Assembly: GCF_036321535.1 (NCBI RefSeq)
Contig: NC_087436.1
Span: forward strand, 121,832,001 to 121,896,000
Direction of reading: 5' to 3'
Source: Camelus dromedarius
Lineage: Eukaryota
Length of the DNA: 64,000 nucleotides
Shown here piece by piece: positions 1 through 13,340 of the stretch. The notes under the pieces were generated by a model. The model was not told the DNA's origin. It worked only from the letters and a program-made list of their open reading frames with translations, and made no database searches. Positions within the stretch are counted from its first letter, which is position 1. Each line of letters begins with the position of its first letter. The position numbers and the translations under genes were made by a program.

Positions 1-1330
1 AGCATGAATAGTTTTTTTCAAAACACCAAACTTAGACAAAATATCTGCAACAGAGGAAATATAGACCAATTCCTAAATACATACAACAGCTGCCAATCAT
101 CCCAACAGTCCTGCATGGTTACTAAGCGGAAACTGAAGTATGGAGTTTAAGAGACTTGTCCAAGCTATTAAGTATCAGAGCAAGGAGTCAAATCCAGGCA
201 AGCCGGCTCCAGACCACTGGAGGGTGTGCTGTGAGCGTGATGAAATGCTCAAAGAACTCCTAGAAAATACAACTTACGAAAATAGATAAACAGAAGCTAG
301 AACAATATTAAAAGTATTAAATAAACTCAACCAAATGTAACTCCAAGCCTAGATGGCTTATACCAAAAATGTAATAAGAAATAAATATAATTTTAGAGGG
401 GCGGTATACCTCAGTGGTAGAGTACATGCTTAGCATGCATGAGGTCCTGGGCTCAATCCCCAGCACCTCCATTAATAAATAAATAAATAAATCTAATTCC
501 CCGCTCCAAAACGAAACAAACCCCTGAAAAGAAATAAATATAATTTTAGACAAAGTCTTCCAGATAGTTAAAAAAAAAGTACACATCAAATATTAACCAT
601 AATCTGTATACTAAAATCTGACAAGAAAATCTGACAAGAAAAAGGAAAATCTCAAGTTATTCTCACTCATGAAAATAGATGAAAACGTCCTAAATGAATT
701 TATGAGCAATCCAAATCTAGCAATATATAGAAACGGATATTACTATGACCAAACAGGTTTATCCAAAAATGCAAAGTTAGTTTAACACTGAGCTGATTTT
801 CTAACTACTCTATCACAGAGGTATCATGTAATTAAAACAGATGCAGAAATGCTTTTGATAAAATTGAACTTCCATTCACTAATAAAAGCATTCTAGTAAA
901 TCATGAACATAAGGTAACTTTCTTAAAATGATAAAGGCCACCTTTAAAAAAAACAACCCTATTAACAAGAAATATACTCAAAAGATGAAATGGTCAAAAG
1001 TTGTCCTTTTGGGATCAAGAATGAGATAAAGAAACCTATGACCACCATTTCTACTCAACATTATAACAGAGATCCCAGCCAGAATAGTAAGGTAAGAAAA
1101 AGAAATAAAAGGACTAATGATGAGAAAGGGGAAAAAGTGGTACCCTTATTTGAAGATGATTCAATTGTACACACAGAAAATCCAAAAGGATGTAAAGATA
1201 AACAAATAGAATTAATATTTTACAGCAGTTGATAAAATAAAAAAAACTTTAAAATCTATTATATTCTACACACCAACAACAATTATTTTAATTTTAAGAT
1301 GTCACTTATTATGACATCTAAAAAAGAAAT
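1..1330 (+). mobile_element. Old L1 ORF2 fragments (interrupted by a MIR-like piece and a SINE)
   Basis: A-rich decayed ORF2, e.g. LFEDDSIVHTENPK corresponding to LFADDMIVYxENP. Confidence 0.75.
398..528 (+). mobile_element. tRNA-Ala-derived SINE (vic-1-like)
   Basis: A/B boxes, (AAAT)n, and a 22-bp TSD aagaaataaatataattttaga at 376-397 and 529-550. Confidence 0.9.
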
Positions 1331-3000
1331 ATCAAGCACCGCCTTTGCCCCTTGGAAACTTCGGTCATGGCAGCTGGTGTGAGCCAGTTTGGGGGGGGGG
1401 GGGGCAGTCTCTGTCATCATGGGCAGAGTGCATTCATCTGCAGTGCCAGGGCTGAGAATATGGCTGGCAGGTGGAGACTGGTAACACACAGGAGGACTGA
1501 GTAAACAAGTGAACATGTTGAAAATGATGGAGCCAGGTTTCCATTGTAGGAGAAGAGAGGTACAAACACGGAAAGGAGGAAGGAAAGCTACAGTACACTC
1601 CAACTGCTGGACTGGAATTGAGAAGATCCAGTGTGAACCTGTGGTTTCAACAGATTAAAAAACCTGACACAGGAGTGTGGGGGTACACACATGTATCTAT
1701 TTCCCAGCTCTCTTACTGTGAGAACATCTAGCACCCAAAGTTTAATCTGTAAATACTACTGTCTACTAAAAGGAAAAAGGGCTTATTGGATTAATGGTTG
1801 GTTTCAGGGCTGTGGAAGAGAAAAATTCAAGATAGGAATGGAACACCTGATACCATAAAGTAAGGAAATATTCAAAGAATAATGAAGACATGTCAAAAGC
1901 ATTCAGCAGTCAGTCTGAAAGGGCTCCCACTGGCTAAATTTGATACACTGCACATAAAACAGGAAACCATAAGTCCATATTTATATAAAGGATATACAAA
2001 CAACAAGGAAGAAAGGAAAGCTCTAGCTTACTGCAGAATGTCAATAAATGCAGAAGGAATAATGGAATTAGAAGATCACCATTCGGCTACCATCAAACTA
2101 ATGGATTCAACCAAGAATCAAAAATGAATGCTAAAACTAGAGGCAGAAAATCTGATGAGAAATAGGATATTTATAATGATCTCAAAGTATTTTTCTATAA
2201 AACACATATTAATTACTCATTATTAATTAATGCAAAAATCTTATTAACTTCACAGTGACGAAACCAGTCAGATACCGTCTTAACCAAGTGGTAAGAGTTC
2301 CCACCGCCTATAATGGAACAGACTGCCAAGATGACATGCTGCAGAGAGTACAGCATGACTTGTGTGCAATTCCTGCCAAAACACAAAATTTGAGTCTAAT
2401 TATGAGGAAACATCACATATACCTAAATTGAGGGTCATTTACAAAGCGTGTGGTCTATTCTTACAAAAAAAAAGTCAAAGTCGTGAAGGACAAAAGAAAA
2501 AAAACACAGAGAAATTCTTTGCAGATGTAAAGGAGACTGAAAAATACGGTGCTAAATGCAATGAGTCATCTTGGAACTTATTCTGGACCATAGAGGAAAG
2601 GGGAGAAGTAAAGTTCTCTTGTTTGTTTTTGCTACTGAGGGTATTTTTTTAGACAAATGGCAAAATCTGAATAGACCCTGTGGGTGAGATGCTAACACTG
2701 TAATAATGCTAACTTTCTGATTTTGATAGGTATACAGTATATATGGAAAAGAGTATCCTTTTTAGGAAATACACTTAATACTGAGGGTAATGGGCATTAT
2801 GTTTGCAATTTTCTTCAAGTAGTTCAGAAAAAAAAATCATAAGGTTTGGGGGAATGAGTGGAGAGAAGGAGAGAAAGAAACAGAGACAGAATGATAGAGC
2901 AAATGTGAATTAAAATGCCAAAAATTGGGAAATCTGATTCAAGGCTATATAAAAATTTTATGTTTTCACTTTAGTATACATTTGGAGTTATTTCTAAGTT
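1330..3000 (+). mobile_element. Old L1MC/L1MD-type 3'UTR
   Basis: Recognisable long L1M 3'UTR motifs (gagccaggtttcc, gggctcccactggctaaatttg, ttgagtctaattatgaggaaacatca). Subfamily uncertain. Confidence 0.6.
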
Positions 3001-3840
3001 AAATGACTTTAAAAGTTATCAAGTACCAAAGAATAAATCTAAAATGAGAGATCATACAGAGAAAACTATACATACAGAGAAGACTATAAACCTTTATTGA
3101 GAAAGTAAAGATACCCCAAATAAATGACGAAAAATCATTCATTGAGTTTTTAAAAACTCACATGATGAAGTCAACATTCCTCAAAATGATTTATACATGC
3201 AATGTAACTTTAATCAAAATCCAAAGAAATTTTGATATGGAAATTGAGAGAGTCTAAAATTTATATGGAAACACAAAAGTCCAAGAATTACCAAAAAACG
3301 CTTGAGAACAAGGAGGAATCCTGAGACTGATTAAAAAGCTACAGTAACTGATAGAGTGTGGTGCAGCCCAATGATAGACAAACAGACAAGGAGCAATACA
3401 GAACCAAAGTATACATGGACTCTTAAGTTTATAACACAAAAGCATTCCACAGCATTGTGGAAAGAATAGTCTTTTTAGATAATGATGCTGGGACAACTAG
3501 GTTTCTAAACGGAGGTAAAAATTAAACTGAACCCCTATCTCACACCATACACAAAACTCAATTTCAGAATTATAGATCAAAATGCAAAAGATAATATTGG
3601 TATCTTAATGATCTCAGGTGAAGGAAAACATTCTAAAGTCAAGACATCAAAACCCTAAAGCATAAAGGAAAAGATCAATAGGTTCAACTACTTAGAACTA
3701 ATACTTCTATTCAAAAGACAATATTAAGAAAGTGAAAAAGCAAGAAAAATAAAGATATACAACTCAACAGAAAAGAAAAAGGGCAAAACACTTAACATCA
3801 CAAAAGAGGAAAGCCACATGGTCAACTAACATATGAAAAG
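3000..3840 (+). mobile_element. Old L1 ORF2 3' part, resuming at ~11014-11790 after the younger L1
   Basis: Decayed ORF2 text (aacatatgaaaag) continues as acaagtaatcaaggaaatg after the insertion. Confidence 0.7.
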
Positions 3841-6330
3841 GTAATTTCAGGGGACTGCCAAGATGGTGGAGGTAGGTGGTTGTGGAACTCACCCTCTCCC
3901 ATGAATACATCAAAAACTACATCTACCTATAAAATAATTCTCACAGAATACCTACTGAACTCAGGAAGAGTATCTCTCACAATCAGAAATACAAGAAAAC
4001 TCCTCACAAAGTTGGATAGTGGGGACAAAAAAGGAAAAAGAGAAAGGAAGTTGTGACCTGTCTCTGGGGATGGAGCAGCAAAGGAGGAAAAATGCCCTCA
4101 CCCTGGGAAGCCCCCTCTCTAGCAGGGAGGCCAGCCAAGACAGAACAGGAGCTTAGTAGGCGTGAAGAAGAAAGCAGCAGCCGCTTGGCAGACAGAACTG
4201 AGAAAAAAAGGCACAGAGGGTCTGTGTGATCCCCAGACCAAGACGCAAGCTGGTGGGGGCACGCCAGGACTGTGTGCTGAAGGTCGGGCTTCTGTGGATG
4301 AACCTGGGAGAGGACTAGGGCTGACTACTCAGAGGCAGACTCAGGTGGCTGGAGTGTGGGGTAGGCTGAGACTAGGCGTGTGTGCAGAACAGCCTGGGTC
4401 CCCCAAAGAAAGCACCACTGCCAGTGCACATGGGGGAAGGGGCACAACACAGCCTGGCCAGAGCTGCCATCTCCACTAGCCCAGAGGGCAGTACTCAGCA
4501 CCATTGCTGGCATGTGTTCTCACGATGTAGTTCTGATACAGCAGTCTTCTTGGCTGGCTCTAGAGGGGCATAAATGTTGGTGCATGGCTCCTGGGCAGAG
4601 GCGGGGCTGATACCTGAATCCATTCCCAGAGGTCCTGCAACTTCACAGGCAGGACTGAGATTAGATTCAAGCCCTAGGAGGTGGCAGATTTGCTCCCCTG
4701 GTGCCTTTGTAGACCTGCATCTCTGTGACAACTGAGCAGAGTTCTGGTGTGTGGCAGGAGTGCATCTGGTGTTAACAGTAGGCTTGTGTATGTGGACACA
4801 GGGCTGGGGTCTGGGCTGACCCTCTGGCTCATGGTGCATCAAGTGTGCAACTGCACACACACTATGGCAGGTCCTAGTACCTGGTGTATGTGGATCTGCA
4901 CTAGTGGCTGTGTGGCTGCAAAACCTGGGGACACCAGGGCGGGTTGCCAACATTCTCATAGCTGAGGCAGGCACAATGGCAGTGTCAACAAACTACTCTG
5001 TAAGCCCAGATGAGTGGCAGATGACACCACAGAGGGCACTCTCCAGTGGGATATCTCCTACGGAGGAATACTCAGCAGCTCCTCTTTCATTAGAAGTGCA
5101 CCAGTCCCACCTACTACACACCTCAGCTCAGAAATGGGTCTACTCCAACAACAGGGGAGCAGACCCAGGCCCTATCAGGGCTGTGATAATCACAGAGCAA
5201 AGAGGAGGCCCTGTTCAAAAACCAGTGCAGGCTCTGGTCACCACAACACCCAACACACCCCCAACCAAGACGGTGAAAGCCAGCATACACAGAGGAAAGA
5301 TGTGGCAACCATTCATACTAAAAACAACCCTTCTGACAAAAATATTAGATGTGCACAGTCTACAGAGGGATGCTCCCACATTAAAAAAAAAATAGCCCTC
5401 AAGACAACAGTAGATAATTGCTACTCCTAAATTTATAGAGTGGGGGAAATATAGTAAAATGAAGAAGCAGAAGAATCACTCCCAATTAAAAGAACAAGAG
5501 ACATCCCCTGGAAGAACAATGAAATAGACCTCAACAGTCTTACTAGATCCTGAGTTCAAAAAGGAGGTGATAAATGTACTGAAGGATATAAGAGAGGTTA
5601 TCAATAGTAATGCAGAATACTGTAAAAAGGAAATAGAACTATAAAGAGGAGCCAATTAAAGTCAGAAAACTCAATTGTGGAGATAAAAGCAGAGCTAAAG
5701 GCAGTCAACAGCAGACTAACTAATGCAAAAGAATGAATAAATGATTTAGAAGACAGGATAATGAAAATGACCCAATCAGAACAGCAAACAGAAAAGCAAA
5801 TGAAAAAAATGAAAGCAATATAAGGGACTTTTGGGATAATTTAAAGTGTGCCAACCTACATGTAATAGGGGTCCTAGAAGGAGAAGAAAGAGAAAGAGGG
5901 ATTGAAAAGGTACTTGAAGAAATCATGACCAAAAACCTCCCAAACCTAAAGAAGGAAACAGATACCTAAGGACAGGAAGCAAAGAGGGTCCCAAACAAGA
6001 TGAATCCAAACAGACCTATACCAAGACATGTTATAATTAAGATGGCCAAGGCTGAAGATAACAAAATGATTCTAAAGGCAGCAAGAGAAAAATTAAGAAT
6101 TAGTTACAAGGGAAACTCCATAACGCTATCAGCTGATTTCTCTACAGACATACTGCTGGCCAAAAAGGAGTGGCAAAATATATTCAAAGTCCTGAAAGAG
6201 AAAAACCTACAACCTAGGATACTCTACCCAGCAAGACTATCCTTTAGAATAGGAGAGATAAAGAATTCCTCAGACAAGCAAAAACTAAAAGAATACTGCA
6301 ATACTAAACCTATCCTAAAAGAAATATTGA

Positions 6331-6451
6331 GGGGGGAGAGTATAGCTCAAATGGTTAAGAGTGCATGCTTGGCATGCATGAGGTCCTGGGTTCAATCTCC
6401 AGTACTTCCTTGAAGAATAAATAAATAAGCCTAATTACCCCCCCTACACAC
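6331..6451 (+). mobile_element. tRNA-Ala-derived SINE inserted at the end of L1 ORF1
   Basis: tagctcaaatggt...ggttcaatc; TSD aaaagaaatattga on both sides. Confidence 0.9.
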
Positions 6452-9400
6452 AAAAGAAATATTGAAAGGTCTTCTCTAAATAGGAAAGAAGCAGGATTCT
6501 ACAGAAAAAAGAAAACCGCAATTGGAGATGTGTTAACTACAATGAATACCACGAGAATAAACATGAAGTTGTAAAAGAGGACAGCAAAATCATAAAATGT
6601 GGGAGAGGGGAATAAGAAAACAGATTTTTTCCCCATTCCTTTTAGGATGTGTTTGGGCCTACATGATTACCAGTCTAAAACAAAGAGATAGAGTAGTGGG
6701 TTAATATATTTGAAAAACAGGGTAGACACAAATCAAAAGCATACAATAGAGTCAAAAAAACCACAAAGAAATCAAGCTAACACAAAAATAAATTATCAAA
6801 CCACAAAAGGAAAAACAAAAAGAAACAGAAAGGAACAAAGAAGAAACACAAAATCAACTGGATAACAGAGTTTAAAATGGCAATAAACACATCTACCAAT
6901 AATTACTGTAAATGTCAATGAACTAAATGCTCCAATCAAAAGACAGAGTGGCAGGTGGAATAATAAAACAAGAGCCTACAATATGTTCCCTACAAGAGAC
7001 CCATTTTAGAATGAAGGACACACATAGATTGAAAGTAAGAGGATAGAAAAAGATAATTCATGCAAATAGAAATGACATGAAAACTGGGGTAGCAATACTC
7101 ATATCAGACAAAATAGACTTTAAAACAAAGGCCATAAAGAAAGATAAAGGACACTATGTAATGATAAAAGGAGCAATTCAAAATGAGGATGTTACACTCA
7201 TTAACATGTATGCACCCAATAAAGGAGCACCTAAACATACAGGACAAATACTAACAGACATTAAGGGAGAAACTGATGGGACTACAATAATAGTTGGAGA
7301 CTTTAACACCCATTAACATCATTGGACAGATCCTCCAGACAGAAAGCCAATAAAGCAATGGAGATACCAAATGACACAATAGAACAGTTACACTTAATTG
7401 ATATTTTCTGGACATCACATCCCCCCAAAAACAGAATATACATTCTTTTCAAGTGCATATGGATCATTCTCTAGGATACTTGGGCACAAAAGAAGCCTCA
7501 ACAAATTTAAGATAGAAACTATCGCAAGCATCTTTTCTGACGACAGTGGCATAAAACAAGAAATCAACCACAGAAAGAAAAATGAGGAAAAAATGACTGC
7601 ATGAAGACTAAACAGCATGCTACTAAAAAACCAGTGGGTCAATGATGAAATCAAAGAAGAAATTTAAAAACTCCTTGAGACAAATGACAATGTAAACATA
7701 TCCACACAAAATCCATGGGATGTAGCAAAAGCAGTCCTAAGAGAGAAGCTCACAATTCAGACCTTCCTCAAAAAGCAAGAACAAATCGCAAACAACCTAA
7801 ACTACCATCTAGAAGAATCAGAAAAAGAAGAACACACAAAACCTGAAGTCAGCAGAAGGAAAGAAATAAGAAAGATCAGGGAGGAAACAAATAAAACAAA
7901 AATAAAAAAAAAGAAAAATGAATCAAACCAAGAGCTCATTTTTTGAAAGAGTTAACAAAATTGACATATCTCTGGCCAAACTCTCCAAAATGAAAAGAGA
8001 GGACACAAGTAAAAAAAGAAAGGAAAATGGAGTCATTACAACCACCACCACAAGGGAAAAAATAAATAAATAAGAGAATACTATGAACAACTATATGGTG
8101 ATAAACTGGACAACCTAGAAGAAATAAACAAATTTCTAGAAACATACAGTACACCAAAACTGAATCAAGAAGAAATAGGCAATTTGAACAGACTGAACAC
8201 TAGAAGTGAAACAGAATCAGCAATAAAAAAAAAACCTCCCTGTAAACAAAAATCCAAGACTAAATGTCTTCACTGGGGAATTCTACCAAACACACAAAGA
8301 AGAATTCATATGGATCCTTCTCAAACTCTTCCAAAAGACTGAACAGGAGGGAGCACTCCCAAACTCACTCCATGAAGCCACCATCCCCTTGATACCAAAA
8401 CCAGACAAAGACACTACCAAAAAAGAAAATTACAGGCCAATATCACTGATGAACATAGATGTAAAAATTCTCAACAAAATATTAGCAAACAGAATCCAAC
8501 AACACATTAAAAAAAAAAAGATAACACACTGTGATCAAATTGGATTCATCCCGCAAATACAAGGATGGTTCAACATACACATATCAATCAACATGATACA
8601 TCACATCAATTAAAAAAAGGGCAAAAATCACATGACCATCTCAATAAATGCAGAATATGCAGATGACATGATCCCATATAGAGAAAACCCTAAAGTCTCC
8701 ACACAAAAACTACTAGAGCTGATAAAAGAATCTGGCAAGGTAGCAGGATACAAGATTAACACACAGAAATCAGTTGTGTGTCTTCACACCAACATTAACA
8801 GAAAAGGAAAGTAAACAAACAATCCCCTTTTAAATTGCATCAAAATAAATAAATAAATAAATAAAATACTCAGGAATAAACCTGACCAAGGAGATGAAAG
8901 ACTTACACAAAGAGAACTACAAAACATTGATTAAGAAAATTAAAGATGATTTAAAGAAATGGAAAGATATCCTTTGCTCTTGGATTTGAAGAATATTATT
9001 AAAATGGCCATAATACCCAAAGCAATCTACAGATTAAACGCAATCCCTATGAAATTACTCAGGACATTTTTAACAAAACTAGACCAAATAATCCTAAAAC
9101 CTAAATGTAATCACAAAAGACCCCCCAATTGCCAAAGCGACACTTAAGAAAAAGAATGAAGCTGGAGGAATAACCCTCCCAGATGTCACACAATACTACA
9201 GAGCTACAATTATCAAAACAGTGTGGTACTGGTTCAAAAACAGACATATGGATCAATGGAACAGAAGAGAGAGCTCAGAAATAAACCCACACATGGTCAA
9301 CTAATCTCAGACAAAGGAAACAAAGAGTATTCAATGGAGAAGACAGTCTCTTCAGCAAATGGTGTTGGGAAAGTTGGACAGAGGCATGTAAATCAGTGAA

Positions 9401-10160
9401 GTTAGAACACACACACGCTACACAAAAACAATCTCAAAATGGCTTAAAGACCTAAGCATAAGACACGACACCATAAATCTGCTAGAAGGTAACATAGGCA
9501 AAACATTCTCTGATATAAATCTTCTAGGTCAGCCTACCAAGGCAACAGAAATAAAAGCAAAAATAAACAAATGGGATCTAATTAAACTTAGAAGATTTTG
9601 CACAGCAAAGGAAACTATAAGCAAAACAAAACAAACAAACAAAAAACCTACGGAATGGGAGAAAATATCTGGAAATGATGCAAGTGACAAGGGCTTAATT
9701 TCCAGAATATATAAACAGCTCAGTTTAATAATAATAAAAAAAAATCCAAAAATGGGCAGAAGACCCAAACAAGCAATTCCCCAATGAAGACATACAAACG
9801 GCAATAAGCACATGAAAAAAATGCTTAATATAGCTAATTATCACCTCACAGCAGTCAGAATGGCCATCATGAAAAATCCACAAATGATAAATGCTGGAGA
9901 GGGTGTGGAGAAAAGGGAACCTTCTACATTACTGATGGGAATATAGTTTGGTGCAGCCACTATGGAAAACAGTATGGAGATTTTTTTAAAACTAAGAATA
10001 GACTTACCATATGATCCAGCAATCTCCTCCCATATCTGGAGGGAACTCTAATTCAAAAAGACACATGCACCCTAATATTCATAGCAGCACTATATACAAT
10101 AGCCAAAACATGGAAGCAACCTAAATGTCCATCGATAGATGAATGGATAAAGAAGCTGTG

Positions 10161-10162
<2 letters not shown>

Positions 10163-10203
<41 letters not shown>
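10163..10203. repeat. (CA)n then (TA)n microsatellite inside the L1
   Basis: Direct reading. Confidence 0.95.
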
Positions 10204-10227
10204 CAAAGAAATACTACTACTAGCTGG

Positions 10228-10355
10228 TTCTTTCTTTTTTTGGGGGGGGCAAGTAATTAGGTCTATTTGGTTTTAGAGGAGGTGCTGGGGATTGAACCCA
10301 GGACCTTGTGTATGCTAGGCATGCACTTTACCACTTGAGCTATACCCTGCCCCCC
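10228..10355 (-). mobile_element. tRNA-Ala-derived SINE, antisense, inside the L1
   Basis: Reverse complement of the same SINE family; no clear TSD. Confidence 0.88.
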
Positions 10356-10879
10356 AAAAAAGAATAAAATAATGCCATTTGCAGCAACATAGATGGATCT
10401 GGAGATCGTCATTCTAAGTGAAGTAAGCCAGAAAGAGAAAGGAAAATACAATATGATGTCACTCAAATGTGGAATCTAAAAAAAACACAAATGAACTTAT
10501 TTACAAGAAACAGATTCACAGACATAGAAAACAAACTTATGGTTGGTTACAGAGTGCAGAAGGTGGGTAGAGGGATAAATTGGAAGTTCAAGATTACTTC
10601 TACTCCTTACTTCTGCAGATACTAACTACTATATACAAAATAGATACACAACAACTTTGTACTGAACAGCATAATACTCTGTATATTCAATACAGAATAT
10701 TGAACTATATTCAATATCTTGTAGTAACCTGTAATGAAAAAGAATATGAACAGGAATGTATGCATGTATATGTATGACTGAAACATTATTCTGTGCACCA
10801 GAAATTGACACAACATTGTAAACTGACTATATTTCAATAAAAAAAGAAAAATAATTTTTATTTAAAAAGGTAATTTTGT

Positions 10880-10999
10880 GGGGAGGGTATAGCTCAAGTG
10901 GTAGAGCGCATGCTTAGCATGCACAAGGTCCTGGGTTCAATCCCCAGTATCTCCTCTAAAAAATAAACAAACCTAATTACCTCCCCCACCCACACACAA
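10880..10999 (+). mobile_element. tRNA-Ala-derived SINE inserted in the 3' TSD of the L1
   Basis: ggggagggtatagctcaagtggtagagcgcatgcttagcatgc...; flanked by aaaaaggtaattt repeats. Confidence 0.92.
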
Positions 11000-11412
11000 A
11001 AAAGGTAATTTCACAAGTAATCAAGGAAATGTATATTAAAATTACAGTAAAATACCACCATGAACCAAGCAGAGTGGCTAAAATGAGAAATTATAACCAT
11101 ATTAAGTCAAAAATATGAAACAAAAGGAACTCACACACACTGCTAGTAAAGTGGCAATACATATAACCATGCAGGAAATAAGCATTATTTTAAGACTTTG
11201 AAAATGCACATATACTATGACCCAGTAATTTCTCTTCTAAATATATATCCTTCCTGACATTAAGTTTTATGAGCCAAAATATATGTACAAGGTTATTCAT
11301 TCCAACTCCAAACGGGAAATAACCCAGATGCCCTTCAACTGCAGAATGGATAAATAAATTGTAGTCTATTCATGCAATAAAATACTATTCAGCAATTAAA
11401 ACGGACAAACTG

Positions 11413-11555
11413 GGGGGAGAGTATTGCTCAAGTGGTAGAGCACATGCTTAGTATGCACAAGGTCCTTAGTTCAGTCCCCAGTACTTCCCCTAAAAATACA
11501 GAAAATAAATAAACCTAATTACCTCCCCCTCAAAAAAAAAGTTGAAAAAAAAGAA
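11413..11555 (+). mobile_element. tRNA-Ala-derived SINE
   Basis: TSD aaaa(c/t)ggacaaactg at 11398-11412 and 11556-11570. Confidence 0.9.
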
Positions 11556-11789
11556 AAAATGGACAAACTGTAGCTTAGTTCAAAACAAATCTTAAAAACA
11601 CTGTTGAGTGAAAGGAGCTATACATCAAAGACTGTATCAGTAAGCTTCCATTCATATAAAGTTCACCAGCAGACAAAACCATAGCACTTAGGAATGTATG
11701 TTTGGTGGTTACCTATAAAGGGAAAGGAAGGGAACTGTACTCAGGATGTAGACTCTAGTGGGCTTCTGAAGTAACTATGATTCATATGT

Positions 11790-13340
11790 TAATGACTCTA
11801 ATACCAGAAAAGATGGACAATGTGGAAGATCAGATGGGTAATTTCAGCAGACATGAAAACTAGTCAGTAAAGCTGAAGGTAGGTCAATGGAAATCACCCA
11901 AACTGAGACACAAAGAGAAAAATGAGTGGGAATGCGGGGGGTTGGACAGAAAAGCACAAAGCTGTGAGACAATATAAAACATTCTCACATACATGTAAGT
12001 AGAAGAGGTGAACAAAGAGCAGAAGAAATAATGGTTGAGAAATTTCCAAAATTAATGACACAAACCAAACCACAGATCCAAGAAGCACAGAGAACATCAA
12101 GCATGATAAATCAAAAAACAAACAACAACAACAAAAAAAACCCCGGTTATATGTCACTTCCAAACTGCTGAAAACAAAAAGTGAGAATCTTGAAGGCAGC
12201 CAGAGGTGAGAGAAACATTACACACAGAAGAACAAAGATAAGAATTACAGCAGGCTTCTTATGAAAAACCATGTAAACCAGATGACAGTGGAGTGATTTT
12301 TTAAGCACTGAAAGAAGAAAAAAAAAAAACAAAACAAAAATTAAAACCTGTTATAACTCAAAATTTCCATACCCAGCAAAAGTATCTTTTAAAAATAATG
12401 GAGAAATACAGACCTTCTCAGAAAGAAATACTAAATAAATTCTACTGAAGGAATTCAACACCAGGAGACCTAACCTACCAGATATGATAAAGAAAATATT
12501 TTAGGCAGAAAGAATATGGTGTAAGACTGAGACTTGGGATCTCCTCAAAGAAATGAAGAGTTCTGAAACGGAATACAATGAGTAAAATAAAATCAGTTTT
12601 TCCCTCCTCGGAAAAAGTTGCATTAAAAGATGACTGAGTTTCAAAAGCAAAAATAGCAATGCATTGTGTTTACTGCATATGTGAAAGCAAAATGAATGCC
12701 ACCAACAGCACAAAGAAGAACTGGGAACACCCTGTGTAAGGCCTTTACAATACACCGTGAAGCATGTGTTGTATCATTTGAAGGTAAACTCTGGATTGAT
12801 TTTAATGTACACTGTAAACCCAAAGACAACAAGCATAAGAATATTTTAAGAGGTATAAACAAATGAGTCAGGGGAAGGGTACAGCTCAGTGATGGAGCGC
12901 ATGCTCAGCACGCACGAGGTCCTGGGTTCAGTCCCCCGTACCTCCATTAAAAAAAAAAAACCTAATTACCTCCTCCCAAAATAAAATAATAATAATAATT
13001 TAAAAAACAACCAAATGAGTCAACAGAAGAGATAAAATGAAATCATAACCATAACCACGCTGTTAAATCCTGAAGGGGCAGGAAAAGAGGAAGAAGAAAG
13101 AGTAAGTACAACAAACAGAAAGAGCTAGCAAGGCGATAAATGTTAATCAAATCCTGTCAATAACCCCCACTGGCTGCCTGAGGGAGAAAGGGTGGACTGG
13201 CACAGGGGCCCAAGGGAAGTCCTGGGGTGCTGGGCAGGCCCAGCCTCTTAGCTGGGGCGGCAGACACCCTCCACGCTGTGAGGGGCGCGCGGGAGCACAC
13301 TCAGCGTGCTCAGAGCCCACGCGGCACACGGTGAGAAATC
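11790..13340 (+). mobile_element. Old L1 ORF1/inter-ORF fragment plus an L1M 3' piece
   Basis: ORF1-like motifs: gagaatcttgaaggcagccagagg, gataagaattacagcaggcttc. Confidence 0.7.
12871..13011 (+). mobile_element. tRNA-Ala-derived SINE
   Basis: TSD caaatgagtca at 12860-12870 and 13012-13022. Confidence 0.9.

Larger units (their letters stand above)
3850..10863 (+). mobile_element. Full-length but inactivated LINE-1 (5'UTR, ORF1 ~5459-6480, ORF2 from 6877, 3'UTR, A-tail)
   Basis: Starts ggggactgccaagatgg. ORF1 and endonuclease/RT peptides appear in the ORF track ([23 protein letters not shown]) with many stops and frameshifts. TSD aaaaggtaattt at 3836-3847 and 10865-10876. Confidence 0.95.

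Noticed and set aside
10880..10955. Apparent tRNA-Ala(AGC) genes, here and at the seven similar loci
   Set aside because: All carry a shared non-tRNA 3' tail and A-rich end, most have TSDs, and they diverge from one another. They are SINEs, not tRNA genes.
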